Source: Amphiscolops sp. MND2022 (taxonomy: Eukaryota). Taken from it: a DNA stretch of 64,000 nucleotides. A model generated the notes under the pieces. The model searched no databases, was not told where the DNA came from, and worked only from the letters and a program-made list of their open reading frames with translations. Below, piece by piece: positions 12,135-22,610 of this stretch. The stretch lies in NCBI GenBank assembly GCA_964187785.1, contig OZ076409.1, positions 92,320,001 through 92,384,000 on the forward strand, given 5' to 3'. How positions within the stretch are numbered: position 1 is the first letter of the stretch; every line of letters begins with the position of its first letter. Made by a program: the position numbers and the translations under genes.

Positions 12135-13427
12135 ATGGAATCCTTGCCCGAAATTGATGTAGTTAACTCTAATCCCTCTGAATTGCTTGCAACCCCTTTG
12201 AATATAACTATTCAACAAAATGTTAACGAAGATAATAACTCTTCCTCCAACTCTCAAGATCCTATAGAAAATATCCCTATTGAACTAGTAGATCATGTCA
12301 ACACAAGATCTCAAAAAAGAAAGTACCCAGATATAACCGCAGATAAACCTTTTATGGAATCTGGCGCTTGCCCTCCTTTCATAAAACCAATTAAACAAGA
12401 TGAAGATAGAGATTGTGAATTCGTTCCTATTCTCTCGTCGAAACAATTCACATTTCAATCTCAGTTAACTTCGTTATACATGATCCCAACAAAATACAAA
12501 TTCATCATCAGAGAATTTAAAAATGATTATCATACATCAATTGCTTCAAAACTGATTACCCCATATGATTGGTGGTTAAACAATAAAGTGAAAATTTTCT
12601 CATTTCAATACAACTTTCTCAGACCATCTCCATATGATCTCCGAACAGAAGAAAATGATGCAAATTTTTTGCCATATCAAATCAAAAAGGCCCACCATAT
12701 CACTTATCAAAAGTTCCTTCAATATAAAGAGCCCGATAATTATATATTCTTCAACTCCAAATATACATCGCCATTCACCTTCAACTCAGAATATTTAATA
12801 GATCATACCAAAACAAAAGGAAAACTTAGAAATTATGACCCGCTGAAACAAAGTTTTCTCTTCCTTCCAAATGATAACCCAAAAAGACCAATCCTTGTTC
12901 CACAAGAATACATCATTCTAAACGACGATTCGTTACTACAAGAAGATATACCTCAACATATATCTGATCCTCTTCCTCCACTTCAACAAATAGCCTCTCA
13001 ACCATTGGGAGACTGTGAAAAGTCTTATTTCCACGCAATGATCAAAAAGGGATATTCAAATAATGAATTAATTTTCATTATTTCCCACTTGCTTTCACTT
13101 CTTACAAATGGAAATCACAAAGAATATAAAAAGGCAAAACAAGAATCGCCTAAGAAAACCAAAAATGATATTCCTCAACCACAAAGCTTTCGCCCAACAG
13201 ATGAATTACAGAAATATACAGAAATTCTGAATATCATAAAACCGTATCATCATCCAAACCGAGATATTCTTATAACAATCGCTGAAATCGTAAATACCCT
13301 TGAACAAGCTCGAAGCATAATACAAAATGTCGTATTTGATACGACAAGAATTAGCCAATCAGCTTTGTGCATTCGCACATCCTTAGACGAATTCAACTAC
13401 ACTATTGAAAAAATGCATCGATCTTAA
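12135..13427 (+). CDS. Accessory ORF Y (430 aa, unknown function)
   Basis: Intact ATG-to-stop ORF between env and LTR with the element's base composition; preceded by GT-AG intron candidate 11992-12107. Confidence 0.75.
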   Translation: MESLPEIDVVNSNPSELLATPLNITIQQNVNEDNNSSSNSQDPIENIPIELVDHVNTRSQKRKYPDITADKPFMESGACPPFIKPIKQDEDRDCEFVPILSSKQFTFQSQLTSLYMIPTKYKFIIREFKNDYHTSIASKLITPYDWWLNNKVKIFSFQYNFLRPSPYDLRTEENDANFLPYQIKKAHHITYQKFLQYKEPDNYIFFNSKYTSPFTFNSEYLIDHTKTKGKLRNYDPLKQSFLFLPNDNPKRPILVPQEYIILNDDSLLQEDIPQHISDPLPPLQQIASQPLGDCEKSYFHAMIKKGYSNNELIFIISHLLSLLTNGNHKEYKKAKQESPKKTKNDIPQPQSFRPTDELQKYTEILNIIKPYHHPNRDILITIAEIVNTLEQARSIIQNVVFDTTRISQSALCIRTSLDEFNYTIEKMHRS

Positions 13428-13948
13428 CTGGTAATTATGGGATAATAGCTTCAAAGTTATTAACACTTATCACTTAATCTCTTAACAACCTGTCAAAAAT
13501 AATTGAATCTATACGCATATGCCTGCTATGCATGAATTTAATACTAACTTGATGTTAAAATACACTTTTAAAATGAAATAACATAAAAATTTCAATCAAG
13601 ACATAAAAATTTTCAACGAAATTCTTCAAATGCTCCTCCTTTTAATGGACCGATTTCAACAAATAAGTACTTATATGAAAGATATTTAAATACCCTTCAA
13701 AAGACTTCCAAAATACAACAACCTAATACTTAAAATTAAAAAGTTATAACATCACAAAATTCAATAAAAAAATGTCAACTACGAAAGTCTATTTTCAAAG
13801 GAACTTTATTGTAAACAAACTAATCTATTTTAGGTGAATATCGTCACAACTGCTTCTTCAGCATTCCTTCCTTCTCTCAGGTCACCCATTCAAGAAGAAT
13901 TCCGAAGTATCCTCTACAGCTTTCAACGAAATTTTCTCATTCTTCAAT

Positions 13949-14416
13949 ATGACAACTATCCACTCTGGCGACATTGACTGCCCGATAGCTCCTTTCCTTT
14001 CAATCTCTTCAGCTCGATTGCGATCCTTGATCCTGAAAAAGCATTTAACGACAATAAATGCGCAGCTTCGAACAGAAAAAAAGGCAGACCCACATCTTAC
14101 AAGGATGATATTGCTTAATATGTTCCAAATAACAAGAATAAAGTTCGACCAATATCTCCATATTCATAAACATCCTGACACTTATTCAACTCAAAAGGAT
14201 GCCACTACCCAAACGGAACATACTACAATCAAACCCCAACGTTTACTACGAACCCTATCCAATAGAATGCGTTCCGAAATGGAAAAACAACGTCTAAATT
14301 CATATTGGCCCTCAGATGACAATGATGACACTGACGAAGACCTTCAAAAAGATCCCCCAGAAGCACTTTTAGACGATAACTATCCACACAAAACATATAC
14401 TTACGTTTCCTTCTAA
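13949..14416 (+). CDS. Accessory ORF Z (155 aa, unknown function)
   Basis: Intact ORF inside the element; upstream branch/acceptor ACTAATCTATTTTAG ending at 13833. Confidence 0.6.
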   Translation: MTTIHSGDIDCPIAPFLSISSARLRSLILKKHLTTINAQLRTEKKADPHLTRMILLNMFQITRIKFDQYLHIHKHPDTYSTQKDATTQTEHTTIKPQRLLRTLSNRMRSEMEKQRLNSYWPSDDNDDTDEDLQKDPPEALLDDNYPHKTYTYVSF

Positions 14417-15461
14417 CATCCACAGACGCCACCAACAGCACCCGTCAACTCCCATCTTCGAATTCCACATCTTCAACGAGCAACAGATCAGCACCCATCT
14501 TCAACTTCATCGCCGCCCAACAGTTGCCCACATTCATTCATCTGCTGACCCTTCTTCTTCCATCTTCCCATCGTCCATCATCACCCACATGCTCAGCCGA
14601 AGCTGATCAATAATTAATAATAAAGAAAACTCAAAGAAAAAACATTGTGCATGATAACATTTCGAAAATTTTCAAACTCATCTAATATTTAAAGAATTCA
14701 AACTTTTACCGAAATTATTCATTATGTAGTTATTATTTCAAATTTCATCCCCACCCATATTTATTTGCCCAAAAATCTTTTATTCACACCCGTACCGATA
14801 TTTATTTGCCTCATTTTTAAAGAATAATTAGTAATAATTATTATTTTTCGGTGCTATCCTATCCAAAAAATTCAGAAATATTATCAACAAATCTTTTCAA
14901 ACTTCAACAAAACCAACTCAAAATCAGATCAAGCACATTGTTCAGATCAAATTCGAATAATGACAGACCCAAATTCTCAAAGTTTTCAACATTTGTTACA
15001 TAACAAACCCGCCAAAGTTAATCACAACCTGAAATCTTTTCAAACGTATTTCACGTTCAAAAATTTTTTTTCTCTTCTCAACAATATTATTTCTTTCACT
15101 CTTTGACCTATAACTCGTATGATGTTTGCTCACGTTTGTTCAATGCGAAGTTCATTCAAAACTTCAACAGAAGCATAAAATTGAGCATCTACCAGTTCAA
15201 AAAACAAGCCGACGAAAGCATAGTGAAAAAGAACACTTTGACGCTTTTTGAACTGTAGTCGCACCTACGAGGTGTCAATCAAAATTTTGACAATTCGAGG
15301 TACACCAATGAGTCGAACTACACCACTCTTAACGAGACTTATGCCAATCATACATCAAATGAAAAATGTTAACTAGCTGAAACGCTAAAAACATTTAAAC
15401 AAAAAATTTTTTCTTCATTTCATGATGCTACTTTAAATTTTTATTTAAAAACCGGGATGGA

Positions 15462-15758
15462 TGTACTGACCTACATTAATAACCAATAGTATTTAGATGT
15501 TTATAGAATGTTTTAGAATGTACATTTATTTGTTATTGAATGATTGTAAATCTCTACTCCTTCAGAGAGAGAAAACTAATAATCAGTATTCAGTTGACTT
15601 CCTTTTTGTTCTACTCCTAACACCTCGGAATAGTTGTAATAAAGTAAGCTAGCTAGCCTGTCTCTCAGCCGCTTTTAGTAGTTGCGTATAAGACCATCAA
15701 AACAATAACCAACCATTAAAAGCAGCACAATTCCACTAACATATCTAACTAATGTACA
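15462..15758 (+). repeat. 3' LTR of the giant element (297 bp)
   Basis: Follows purine-rich AAAAACCGGGATGGA; TGTAC...GTACA inverted termini; AATAAA at 15638-15643; partner LTR not in window. Confidence 0.75.
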
Positions 15759-16600
15759 AAAATGTGAGCACCGAAATCCACTGCTTTTCACTGCCAACTG
15801 ATTGAACCAATCGCGTCAGCTTATTTCAACTTTCAGCGAAATTCGCTGAAACTTGCAGTGGATTCCACTTCAGCTTACAGTGGATTCCACTTTGGCTTAC
15901 AGTCGATTCCACTTTGACCTACAGTCGATTCCACTTTTCAACTTGTGGAATTGACTGCAAAACGAGTGGAATTGACTGTAAGCCAAAGTTGAATTCACTG
16001 TAAGCTGAAGTGGAATCCACTGCAAGTTTCTTCGAAAGGACAGATCAATGAAACATAAATAATAACTTTCTAATAATCTTCTTGCAATTTTTCATGCTGA
16101 AACAAAACTTTTGGCCCTTTTGTTTTGTCCCCCCACACCTGTTATAATAAATTATGTAAATTTATTATTATTAATAATTTATTGTTATTAGATAAATAAA
16201 TTCGGTATTTGCTACTTCTTACAGCTTTTGATGTTTTCGATAAAACACTCTATCGCGGAGGATTACAAATATATCTGTGTTGATGAAGTTATCTCGCAAT
16301 ACAGCACTTACTTAGGTTCGGTTCAAATTATGAAGGAACAGCGAAAAATTTTCGATTCAGCCAAATATTCGATAAAAACGAAAACATGCTAGTATGATCT
16401 ATACTGTCGGGGATTTTTATTCGTTTACCCGAAATTTTGATTTCGATATTTAGCCGATATTCGATTATCGAAAAATCGCCAGAGTGGAATCGACTGCAAC
16501 GTAATAGCATTTGTTAGTGGATTACGCTGCACGCTTTCCAAAACTGCCGTCCAGCGAAATCCGCTGCAAAGATTCAAAATACCCACTTTTGGCACTGTAA
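15759..16600. mobile_element. Remnant of non-autonomous DNA transposon with internal fold-back; likely the target of the giant element
   Basis: Repeated CAGTGGATTCCACT motif; long inverted repeat 15848-16030; TIR-like end ...TTTTGGCACTGTAAG. Confidence 0.5.
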
Positions 16601-17307
16601 GGTTGTAAACTATTTATTGAATTTAGCCACATTGGGAGAACCGAACTTCTTATTGATTATTAGAACTAAAACCGAAAATTTCCAGGCAAATTGAAAGTTA
16701 ATCGAACATGGAATGTCAGAGAAATTATTTTCCAAACAAACAAAGCTTGAAATTTTAACAAAACCAGTTCTCTCGGTTGACTTTGCGATGCCTAACTGCA
16801 GTCAGAAAGCCAAAAAACTATTGAGAACCACTCTGGGGAAGCAAACTGTTTTTCATCAATACCAGTGACAATGAAAACGCCAAGAAGCACTTGTTTTGAT
16901 GTTATACGTCGTCATCAAGTGAATGGACCTCAAAGAAGTTAGATATTGATGTGCTGTCAAAAAAGAGCCTGTCAAAAGTTGTTAATTATCTCGTTATTCG
17001 ATACTCTTGCTCAAAACAACTTTCGATTACCGTTTCGCTTGACAAAACATTGTTGGAGATATGAACGAAAATACGAAAATATGAATTGGGAATGAATTAG
17101 GTTAGTTCTCTGGCTTTGCTCTTCTTTTTAAGAACTTCGGAAATGAAGATTGACTTGATTACAAATAGTTCTTGAAAACGGATGTTTTTGAATTGCGGGA
17201 AATTTTTGAAACTCAGTTTCAATAATTTGGGGTTTAGTTAAAGGTGTCAAATAAACGAACATAGCGTTGTGCAATTGCGCAAACAGTGATGTTTGCGTAA
17301 AACTTAC

Positions 17308-17526
17308 AGCAGCAATCACCCCGGTTCAACATTCGAATTGCTTTGACTGTGGAGTAGTCGATTATATATCCAGAGTAGGCTTCAACTCCTTTTTCTGTGA
17401 CGTAACATTCCGCGACTTGCGTGCTGTTGTTTCCATCCCAAGAGTTTTCCAACACAGACGTGCTGTCCGTTGCAGGGTCTCCATAGGCACCTTTGATCTT
17501 CAGTTTCTGCAATGGTTTCGGTGCAG
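17308..17526 (-). CDS. Host exon, F-type lectin (fucolectin)/F5-8C-like domain
   Basis: TTTTTTACAG acceptor and GTAAGT donor, phase 1-1; peptide ...WDGN...VKAIRMLNRGDCC with the NRGDCC fucolectin signature. Confidence 0.65.
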
Positions 17527-17938
17527 CTGTAAAAAAGTAATTGTTTCAACTATTTTGTTTTATTTTGTCATACAGATAGCCAAAATAGCTTGTTCTATTT
17601 GAAGTTGGATTTGAGAGATTCTAATTCCGGAAACAGGAAAGTCATTCTAAAACTTTCTATATTAGCTTAGCTATTTCGGGGTTGTGGGAAAAAACAATTA
17701 AATAATTTTTGTTAGCAAATCAGTAGAATATTTTCTATTTAGGTTCAAGTTTAAACAATTTGTAACGGCACCCTCTGAGACAGCAGAATCAGTCGATATT
17801 GGAATTTGGGATTTGAACATGTTCAAAAATTTTTTGAAAAATTCTAATTCGATGATTGACGTGGCACTGAGCATGTGATTGCTCTTTTCGCCATTTCAAC
17901 GAAATTGGCAGGTACTTCGACAACAAAGAGCAAAGATA

Positions 17939-18433
17939 AACAAGACGAGAACGCCTCAAGTCGGCGCTATATCTAAGGCTCAAAAAGCGCAAAACATTTG
18001 TTTGGAAAAAAACTTGAAATTTTCGAAAAAAAATTTCTTTCGGAAAATGTCGCACAGTGCCGAAAAATGTAAAAGGGGGACCCTTTTTGATTTATAAACA
18101 CGCATTCTGTAGCAAAATAACAAAAAACTCAAAGGGGGGACCCTTTGGGGACATTAAAAAAATTCGAAAAAAAACGCACAGCGCCGAAAAAAAAATCAGA
18201 AGGGGGGGGGGGTACGAAACTTTAGTCCCGTCCGGGCTTGTATGTAACGTTGAAAAAGTAAATGAATGCGCTCCCCGTTTGCCTTTAGCGGTCCAGTAGT
18301 TTAGTACTTATTTAGCAGTTGAACGTTAATTTTAACGTTTGTCGCTTCGAGTCTGTCTTAAATAAAAAAAAAGAAAAAAAACGAGTGACTGTAATAGTCG
18401 GGCTCTTTTCTTAAGAAAAGCGCCGACTAAAAA
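17939..18433. mobile_element. Helentron-associated (HINE/DINE-1-like) non-autonomous element
   Basis: AACAAG terminus, subterminal inverted repeats AGTCGGCG/CGCCGACT, terminal stem-loop then A-run; homologous copies at 32471, 60600 and 63190. Confidence 0.65.
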
Positions 18434-19378
18434 CACAAGGCCAGCCGCCATCACAGACCTCAGAGACTGCAAAGACCTCTTAAATTAGACTCTGTTTTGG
18501 TGCTAACACCCGGTTTTTCTAGATTTCAGCTGTATGCTACCTTATGCAGCGAAGACCGCAAAATGAGTCTTCTTGGCTAATTTACGAATTAGTGCCTGTG
18601 GTGCCCCAGCTTACGAGCTGTATGTGGATATTGCCAAATGATTGTTGTGGACGAGCAGATTGTACATTGTTGTGATTTTATGGCTACTTTGGCGATTTTA
18701 GATCTTATTCCCCAAGTCACCCTGACTAGCGAAATTTACATTTATATTTCCTCTTGGAACGTTTTTAAAGGCTGTCTAAGCGGCAGTTTCGAAGACAAAG
18801 CGTAATTCACGTTACTGACAACAATTAAAGACTGGATCAGCCCGGCGAGTACTCGTTTCTAGGCGAGACCGCCTTCTGACGGGACAGTTTTTATCCCTGG
18901 AGGCAAAATGGGCTCATGGTCATGGGCGCCTGTCCCGGGCAAATACCAATACCATGAGTTCCTCCATCTTCACCGACGGAGGCACGAGTGACGGGATGTT
19001 TCCGTTACAATTGATTTACTTTCACTTTGATTCAAAAGGTTAGTTTTAAAAACAATGCATGAGTTTGTTCGTTTTCAATTTGAATTGTTTTCTGAATTCT
19101 TTCCTGTTGGAAATATTGTATCCTTGAGATTTTCCAAACTTCTCAGAGAAATGCTTTGTGCTCTCGTGAAGTTTTGGTATTGGTTAATATCAATCAACTA
19201 CAATTTCAACATCAAAGTAAGTTGTTAGCTCATTGTGACTAAATTTCATATAAAAAGCCAAGAGTGAAACCATTTTTTGCTCGTTCCCACAAATGAATGA
19301 TGATTAGCGGAGGGTATGTGCATCATGCTTATTGCTATATGCCGACTCGCAGATTTAAAAAATGTTTGTTTGACTAAC

Positions 19379-19444
19379 GAGTTTCTTCAAGATCGTTCAG
19401 CTTTTCTCTGAGTTCGTCGATTTCATCTTCGGTGCACAAAGTGC
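19379..19444 (-). CDS. Host exon, short coiled coil
   Basis: TTTTCCAG acceptor and GTTAGT donor, phase 1-1; TLCTEDEIDELREKLNDLEET. Confidence 0.5.
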
Positions 19445-19904
19445 CTGGAAAACATTATCCTTTTATTTCTGTCTGATTTCTTGATTAGATTAAAACAAGC
19501 CTTGCTCGAGGGCGAAATTGAAAATCCATGGCATGGAAGCCTGCATTTTGATCTGAAAGCGATTGTTCTGGCAGAAAAGTCTTGCTTTAGAAAAAACTTG
19601 GGAAGTGTATGTGAAATGTGACAAGAGTGTTCAGCAAAACCTTAAAGCAACTGTCCAGAAACTAGAATTACGATTTTGCTTTAATAGTTTCATGGGTTAA
19701 AAATAAACATCTGTAGGTGCTTTTTCTGTCACCTAATTTGGGTATCAATTGTTTTTAATGAACTTTTTGCTGTCGTATTCACAGAAATCCATACTTGATT
19801 GTTTTACTGGTTCTTTTCGGAGATTTGTGATAGAGGTAACTCCCGGTCTGCTGTCGCTTTTCGAGGTGATAACCTGAATAGTTGCATAGAGTAAAGTCAC
19901 TTAC

Positions 19905-20093
19905 AGTTTCTGCAAGACTTGGGACACCCGTACTGATAGAAGACATGTTTGCAATCAGGAGCCGGTAAATCTTTGTGGGCGAAGTATAGCTCCGCTCCTG
20001 GCTCGGCAATTTCCTTTTTGTACTCGGAGTAAAAGGTGGGATCATGCAAGCCGGGACACAATCGGTGGTAGTCCGCACAAAACAACGAGCATT
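19905..20093 (-). CDS. Host exon, ShK-like Cys domain
   Basis: TTTAG acceptor and GTAAGT donor, phase 1-1; CADYHRLC...CKHVFYQYGCPKSCRNC. Confidence 0.55.
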
Positions 20094-20185
20094 CTAAATC
20101 CAAATTTCAGGTTTTTTCGGCTTGAGTTAAAAGTCCAGATAACAAAATAACAGTTGGCGTTCTTTTCACCGCAAAAACATTCCAC

Positions 20186-20703
20186 CCGACGTTCATATCA
20201 CCCCACATTTTTTTCACGCCATACTGTAATCATACAAAATCGTCTTGCCTTAACTAACCAATCAGCGACTAACCTTTGATGCCTACTGTCTAATTTGATT
20301 CAGTTTTATTGATTCGATTGTCAGATTCTGGCCATACGTGACAAATAAACCGGAATATGTGAATTTTTGATGAAGACTCGCAGCATTCATAAATAAAGAT
20401 TTGATAACGTAACCAGAGCTCTTTTTTGAACGATTGCCAGAAAAGTGATTTTTTAGCGCTTTGTTCAGAAGTATTACAGCTCCGATAAATGAAACTATTC
20501 GGTTTCGAATTTGTGGTTCACATAGAAAGCATCGTTTGTTTATCTAATCGGTAATTAGATTCAAGACGCTTTTCTATTAGCGCTAAGATTGAAATTGGGT
20601 GGCTTCAGTAATTAATCTGAGACGCATTTGATAATTTAAATGTGGGGTGAAATGAACGTGGGGTGAAATGAATTTGGGGTGAAATGAACGTGAGGTGAAA
20701 CGA
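20186..20703. mobile_element. MITE-like element with iterated TIR motif GGGGTGAAATGAAC
   Basis: CGTTCATATCACCCCACAT near 20190 is inverted relative to tandem motif copies at 20640-20703. Confidence 0.5.
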
Positions 20704-22610
20704 TATTCAAAATAACAAGGAGTCAAAAAATACACGTATAAAATACCACAGGAACGAAACAGACATGTTGTTTATTGATGCGTGAAACAAAGTTATCGAC
20801 GTGACAAAATTGTACGAAAGAAATCAAAATTAATTCATCCATTCCTTCATCGAGAGTCCTTGTTGGTTGTGAGCAAGAGTTTCACATCCTTATTCTCTAA
20901 ACCGCTAGTTACAAGTTTTCTTCAAACTATCGAATAATTGACTTCAACTATCGTTTAAAAATAAATGAAAACTTGATTGGCTTTTTGCAAGACAAGAGAT
21001 TGGAAGGTTCCATACGATGTGGATTTTACAAGTGTAAGTGTTTGAATTTATCGAATACCATTTTGAAGCTCCATGTATACTCTGAGGAACTTTTGACTTA
21101 GAACATTCTATGTTACCGCTGATTTGAACCGTTGATGAAATCGCTGGAAAATTCCCGCGCGGCTGCTAATCGTCAATTAGCGATGTCAAAACTCTGGCTA
21201 TGAGTCTCCTTCTTCTTCCCATTTGCTCCTGCATTAACGCGCTGGTTGAAGTACGCTATTTTGGTATTTTGTTCCCTTTTTTCCCGATACCGATTTTTAG
21301 TCAGTGTAATGTTCATTTTTCAATTTCTCATGAATTTTTTTTTGTTGCGACCTACGTCCGCTCACACAATTTTCTGGAGATGAAAGTGGATTTCTCTAAC
21401 ATTTTAACCCTAAATGAACGAGGAAATTTCCGGTTTCCAAAAATCTGGTGCTTAGACTTTAAACCGCAAAAAATCCTAAACGTTTCAAGTCCGACAAACG
21501 ATTTAAAGCGCTCCGGTATATGCTCCAGACTTTGCGCCGAAACATTGCACGCATCATATCTCTGACTGTATTTCAGCATGTTTCAAAACATGCTCGGGCC
21601 ACTTTGACCCAATCTTGATACCAGTGGGATAAAGTGGTCACAAACCAAAACTGGAAAAACAGAAAATCAGCGCTCAGTTTTTTTTCTTCAATTTTCTTTG
21701 ATTTCGGAGACAATATTCCGTGAATATTCCGTGACAATGCGTGAAATGTAAAATCGTCTGAAACTCTTATTCAAGAGTTTTCATTACCATACGGTAAACT
21801 GGTGCCTTCAGAAGTTCGCAGAAACTAACTGGTACGAAATCGTATCATCGTCCATTTAGGTTTAAACATGTTATCCAGTGTTTTACAACTTTTTCGATGG
21901 AGCTCGAAAAAGCTTATCGCGACTAACTAATGTGTTGAGATGATGAATTCAGTTAATTCCTCTTTTCAGAACCTAGCCAGTAAGAAGACAGTATTCAGCT
22001 GCTGATTTTGTAGCACCTGTCTTGGAAATCGAATGAATTTTTCTATGCCTTAAAGTTTTCCACTAATGTATAGCACTGTTTTCAAAGGCTCACAGTGAAA
22101 GAGAGCATGTTGTTTTAATCAGTGGAGATTCGACCTAGGAAAACGGTCTTTTTTGAAGAACATGTTTGCAGTCATGCATGGATTTTTTTCAAAAATGCTT
22201 TAAACTGCTTGGACGTTTTTTTCAAATGGAATGATATTTGATTCATGGTGTTTGACTGCATTTAACTGCATATGCTTGAAACTAGGTGGAGCCCGCTAAA
22301 AACGCGTATTTATTCAAACTAGGTACATTATTGTTGCTATACACAAAGCATACAACCCTATCCATTAACAAGTGTAATTAACGGAACAATATGAAAGTTT
22401 GCATTTTAAATGTTTTCTCCTCAGTAGATTGGTAAGGTTCCGGTCGCGATCTCTTGCCCTTCCGCTGTTGTCGTGATCTTAGTGCCATCACAGGCGGCAG
22501 CCTGCGACATCTATATTCCTTGTTCGTACTGCTCATAATTTATGCATTTTTCTGAAGTATTCGTGTTTGCGTTTAAACTTTTTCTACCGTTTTGTTTCAT
22601 GGTTTGGGCC

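Larger units (their letters stand above)
1..15758 (+). mobile_element. Giant env-bearing Ty3/Gypsy LTR retroelement (endogenous retrovirus-like), 5' end outside window
   Basis: Order gag-CCHC-PR(DTG)-RT(YIDD)-RNaseH-IN(HHCC, DDE, GPF), then four extra ORFs, PPT and a TGTAC...GTACA LTR; A/C-rich, G-poor plus strand throughout. Confidence 0.93.

Noticed and set aside
14960..15380. Additional accessory ORF before the PPT
   Set aside because: The ATG at 14960 gives only about 49 codons and later frames are broken; not supportable without a consensus
15848..16030. CRISPR-like array
   Set aside because: Adjacent units lack unique spacers, there are no cas genes, and the context is eukaryotic
21200..21650. 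Further host exons
   Set aside because: Splice-like sites exist, but no consistent open frame or recognisable peptide
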